A stretch of 60,849 bases of DNA, filler included, from Vannella sp. (Eukaryota), in assembly GCA_023345925.1 (NCBI GenBank). It is 6 parts of 6 records of this genome, joined end to end, with 100 filler letters (N's around TTAATTAATTAA, not from the genome) between each part and the next. Parts side by side here need not be neighbours in the genome. Positions count along the whole stretch, not along the records: positions 51,874 to 60,849 come from JAJQQN010001290.1; 5 more parts are not named here. One strand, given 5' to 3'. The notes below the pieces were generated by a model. It was not told where the DNA came from. It saw only the letters and a list, made by a program, of their open reading frames with translations, and ran no database searches. Numbering within the stretch: position 1 is the stretch's first letter; every line of letters begins with the position of its first letter. Of the stretch, positions 57,001 to 60,849 are shown piece by piece. Both the position numbers and the translations under genes were made by a program.

Positions 57001-60000
57001 GCGGGTTCTCAGGATCTCATCAAATTGTATCTCTGCCTGGAGGCAAATCTGGAGACCTTGATCTGACGTTAGTGTGAAACACAAGATGTTGTTAGAGCAG
57101 TTCGAAGAGTTGAACGTTTGGTAAAGAAGATCGCCCTGGCAATCAGCTAGTCTGAGGGAAATCTGGATTGCTCTCAACGGGTCTACGAAGTGCGATGCTT
57201 CGGATGCACCGCTTTCGAGTATCAGATGATCAGATTTAGGTTCTGTTCCTTCATAGCGAAGCAGGACCTCCACTGGGACAGGTAATGAGTTCTTGAAAGT
57301 AATAGCAGGGAGAAAGAGGATTTGAACTCTCCTGCCACTCAAAACGGGAGCTATCCAAACGTGAAAGCCCTGAGAGTCCTCTTTTGAGGAATAGCAAAGT
57401 GCATTTGTAGGTAATTTCAATTCCGAAAAACGCTGTGGATCGCAATAATCGTGTCCGAAAGGGGCCACAGAAAATTCCCCCTCTTCGATAAATTGAATAG
57501 GGACGTAAACGCTTTCGTTCTTGTCAATACTCAAGACCTGAGAGGGATGAGAAGGAGGAGCAGCAATCAGAATATCGATCAGTCTGTCGCATCGATTTTC
57601 TATTGAAACACTCGGTCGAATAGTGATTAATTTGCTTCCTCCAGGAAGAACTGAAATTTCTGCACAGAGATGGGGTTTTGAGCCACCTGGAATCAACAGT
57701 GGGAAGAAACCAGCTCTCCTGAACGGAACAGAAAATGGGACGCTGAACTGAGCTTCTTTGCTTAATGCGACTTGAATAAGGAGATCTTGGTTGGTAACTT
57801 CTTCCTTAAACTTCTCAAGAGTATGATATTGGAGGTTAATTTCCTGAGCTATGCTGACTTCAGATCGTTCGTTGTGTCCCAGATATTCGAAAGTAGCCCA
57901 CTCAGAGATACTAAAGCGAATAGCGTGGCCACTTTGGTTGGATAAGCAGTAGGGAGCAGATTCAGAGCTGAAAGAATTTTCTCCTGAGTCTGTTCGGAGA
58001 GATTGTAGCAATTCATTGAAAGTGGTGGCGCAGGCTGGAGTGACATTCAACTCCAGAGAATCAGAGGAGAACTCCAGATGGAATGATTCAGGGCTCTGTT
58101 GTAAAGTGAGACAGGCGCTCAAAGGCTCTATCAGTGGTTCCCAAGCCTCCAATTTTACATTAAAGTAGTCAACACCTCCAGCAAATTTGGCTTCGGCAAC
58201 CACTCCAGCTCGCCAGTCAAAAGCAAGCTCACAAGAGGCCAAATAAAAAGAGAATAAGGGACTCTTACTACTCCTTAGAATAGGGTCATTCATCAGTGTC
58301 ACATCGCATCTGCGCATTTCAATGGCAACCACTTTGATAACACTGGCCGCTCCAGAACTACTTTCCATTAGAGAAGTTTGGGCAAGGGAACGGAGCTTGC
58401 CTTGAGCCTTTTTGAGAGTCTTTTGAACAAATTTGTTCGATTCGATTGCGACTAAGTGAGCGTCTTCGTCTGATGGTGGACGGCTGTCTCCTGAGAGTGA
58501 CTCAAAAAGGTGCCGTAAAGCCGGCGAGGACTCCTGGTAGATTCCTAAGAGAGTCCTGTAATCTTGAATTGAAAAGGCAGCCTCAATGGGTTGAATGATG
58601 ATTCTGGTCGTGTTTGTCCGATCACTGTAACTCAACGCAGATTGTCCAGCAACTTGGAAGGGGGACATCATCAAAGTTTCCTTTGGTCTGTTAGAATACT
58701 CGCATTTTCGCAAACAAATGTCGGACATTGACAGGGTGCAGAAACGACCACCTTCTAAACTAACAAATAGCGCTTCGATAATTGAGCCTGAAAGAATGAA
58801 AGTAACTGGCTGGGTCTTGTGTTGCCGCAGAATGATTTGAGGTTGTACCAATTTGACCAGAACTTCCCCAGTAGGTTTTTGGGAGTTCTTATTGGGAGTT
58901 GGGATTGCGTTAGCCTTGATAGCAGGAGTGTAATAGCCTTGCAGTGCAATTTTCATTTTCAATATCAACGCAGCAACCTCGATAATAAAAGGTAACGATA
59001 GAGTCAGATGGCAACCATTGAACGTAATAGATAGTCTCAAGATCTCAAATTGGTTGGTCCTCCTCAAGTCTATGATTAGCGCTGGCTTGAGGGCTTGAGA
59101 GGTTGATCCTTCGCTCTTTTGGGTGAAAATTTCTCGATCCTTAGTAGCCTCCTCCATTTCGTCGAACAGACAGAGATTAATCAGTTGAAGTTGAGCCAAA
59201 AGGTCGCCCTCTTCCGAAAGCGAATGGCTAAAATTAATGTTTTTTGCTTGCAGTATTGCCAGCTTGCGTTGGTTATCTCTGTTCATCTGCCATTGAACTA
59301 AACGGACTTCAAGAGAAGATTTGGAACATGTTCCACTCGTTGCTAATGCCAAAGGGGAACCGTTTTGGTGGTCGTTTCGAGTCGTGATTGAGTCTTCACC
59401 GCAAATGGCTTTCCGAATAGCATAGAAGCCTTGGATAACACGTGAGAGATGCTGTAGATCATCCAAATCTGTACCAATCATGACGTCACCGACAGATACT
59501 GTCATGCAACTTTCCAATCTCATTTGGTTCAAATTGTGATTCTAAAAACATGTCAGAAAGCAAGAAGGGAAAGGTGCTGAACGTACAAAGTCAATATCAA
59601 CGGGGTTCAGTAGACAATTGTTTGAATCAGTTCCCTTCAGAGCGATTTGGATGCTTCGAAAACGAACGTCAGAAACAGCATTCCCCATTACTTTTGTATG
59701 GCTCAATTGGATGCTGTCTGCCGCGAGGCAAAGACTAACAGACTCCAAAGGAATGATCAAAGTGGGTTCATCAATTTGGACCCGAACTTTGAATCCTGAT
59801 GAGTCGACTTGATACTCCATAATAAAACACCAAATGGGAGATGCACTCGATTGGATCAACACTTGATGTGGGAAGAAAGCCTCATTGGAAAGGAGAGGAA
59901 GATTGGCAGATAACATACCGACGTTTCCCTTCAATTCATAATGGTTCATTGCACTGCTAATAATGAGGTTGGAGGTGACTCCTTTCACAGAAAGCTCGAG

Positions 60001-60849
60001 AGAACGTCCAGAAGAGGAGAGAGGAATGACTATGGCTACCTCTTCGCATTCGAGAGATAAATTGAGAAATGGAACTGGATGCTGACCACGTTCCAATGAA
60101 TCCATTACAGATGCTGCAAATTCAGTAGACGTCTCAACCATATCCTTGATTGAAGAGATGGAACCTCCTCGTTGGACAAAATTCTCCATAGATCGGTTGA
60201 TAGCATGAGAGGTCTCTTTGATATGCTGCAGAAATGGCTGTAAAACAATCTGACGGAGCTTGAATGTCATCTCATGGTTGGCTCGCCCTGGCGCCCAGCG
60301 GTGAGAAACTATATCGAAGGAAACCAGGCTGTTTGGAGAAGAGATTGAGATAGGAGAGTCCCCATTAGTCTCTATACCCTCAGTATCAAAAAGAACCTTT
60401 GGTAACTCGTCACCAAGTGTTGCTGTCATTAGAGCACCGTTTAGGCTCATACGTATTTCAGTTGTTTTGTCAGAGGAAGAATAAGCCACTTTGGTGTGAT
60501 AGATTGCTAAATTGAGCGCAACTTTGCTTTCTTTGAGCGGCGATAAATCATCGGAAAACGATAAAGTGATCTTCTTAAAATCACAAGTCCCTTGAATCAT
60601 TAATTGCGATTCTGGGTCTTCAAAAGTGCGAGTCTTCTTCTTTTGCTTTGCAGCCTCTGCTTCTTGGAGGCTTTTCAGGACTTCAACGAGTAGTAAGTGT
60701 CTTGACTCATGAGGCATTGAGTGATCTAAGCCCCTCATGAAGGAATCGAAGACGAGCCGAATAGAAGAAATGCTCTTGGTGGTCAAATGAAATGCTGCGC
60801 TTTGAGAAGAAAGTTGAAACTGTGCTTTCGGAAGCTCCTTATGAGTTAT
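54076..60849 (-). CDS. VPS13: Vps13-family lipid transfer protein, C-terminal part (5' truncated, several introns)
   Basis: YFNVKLEAWEPLIEP, VAB repeats (PSVSIENR, TKEVIFAPRFLLVN, PDFLIEN), IIGSVEILGNPVSL..NLGTGVYDFFNEP, R.RMPR. Confidence 0.95.

Overview
Eukaryotic DNA: six unrelated contigs joined by artificial N44-TTAATTAATTAA-N44 spacers (6327-6426, 19809-19908, 32405-32504, 44470-44569, 51774-51873), so neighbourhood only has meaning within a contig. The genome is very gene-dense, uses the standard code and has short (about 45-55 nt) GT-AG introns with CTRAC/CTCAC branch points. The ROCO kinase suggests an amoebozoan-like protist (inference). Most content is housekeeping: Rac, Sam50, ABHD13, CPSF73, TFIIF-beta, Hikeshi, PTAR1, a small Tim, Vps54, Rrp6, Rpn1, metaxin, an SCP phosphatase, prefoldin 3, RPL7, an ACOT-START protein and Vps13. 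There is also an ankyrin-ROCO kinase, a giant AT-hook/ankyrin/WGR PARP head-to-head with a RING-IBR-UBC fusion, a UGA-selenocysteine glutathione peroxidase with a candidate SECIS, and a decayed patch (pogo transposase relic, frameshifted SNF8). The standout is an ankyrin/coiled-coil/SAM-like gene at 6444-8249. Its ankyrin beta-hairpin loops appear to be encoded one codon at a time by arrays of 3-nt phase-0 micro-exons (W, K; G, A, Y, D, D, plus one dead T cassette). Several of these sit in visibly duplicated intron cassettes, which makes this a candidate splicing- and duplication-based system for diversifying a binding surface. All gene models are by eye and untested.
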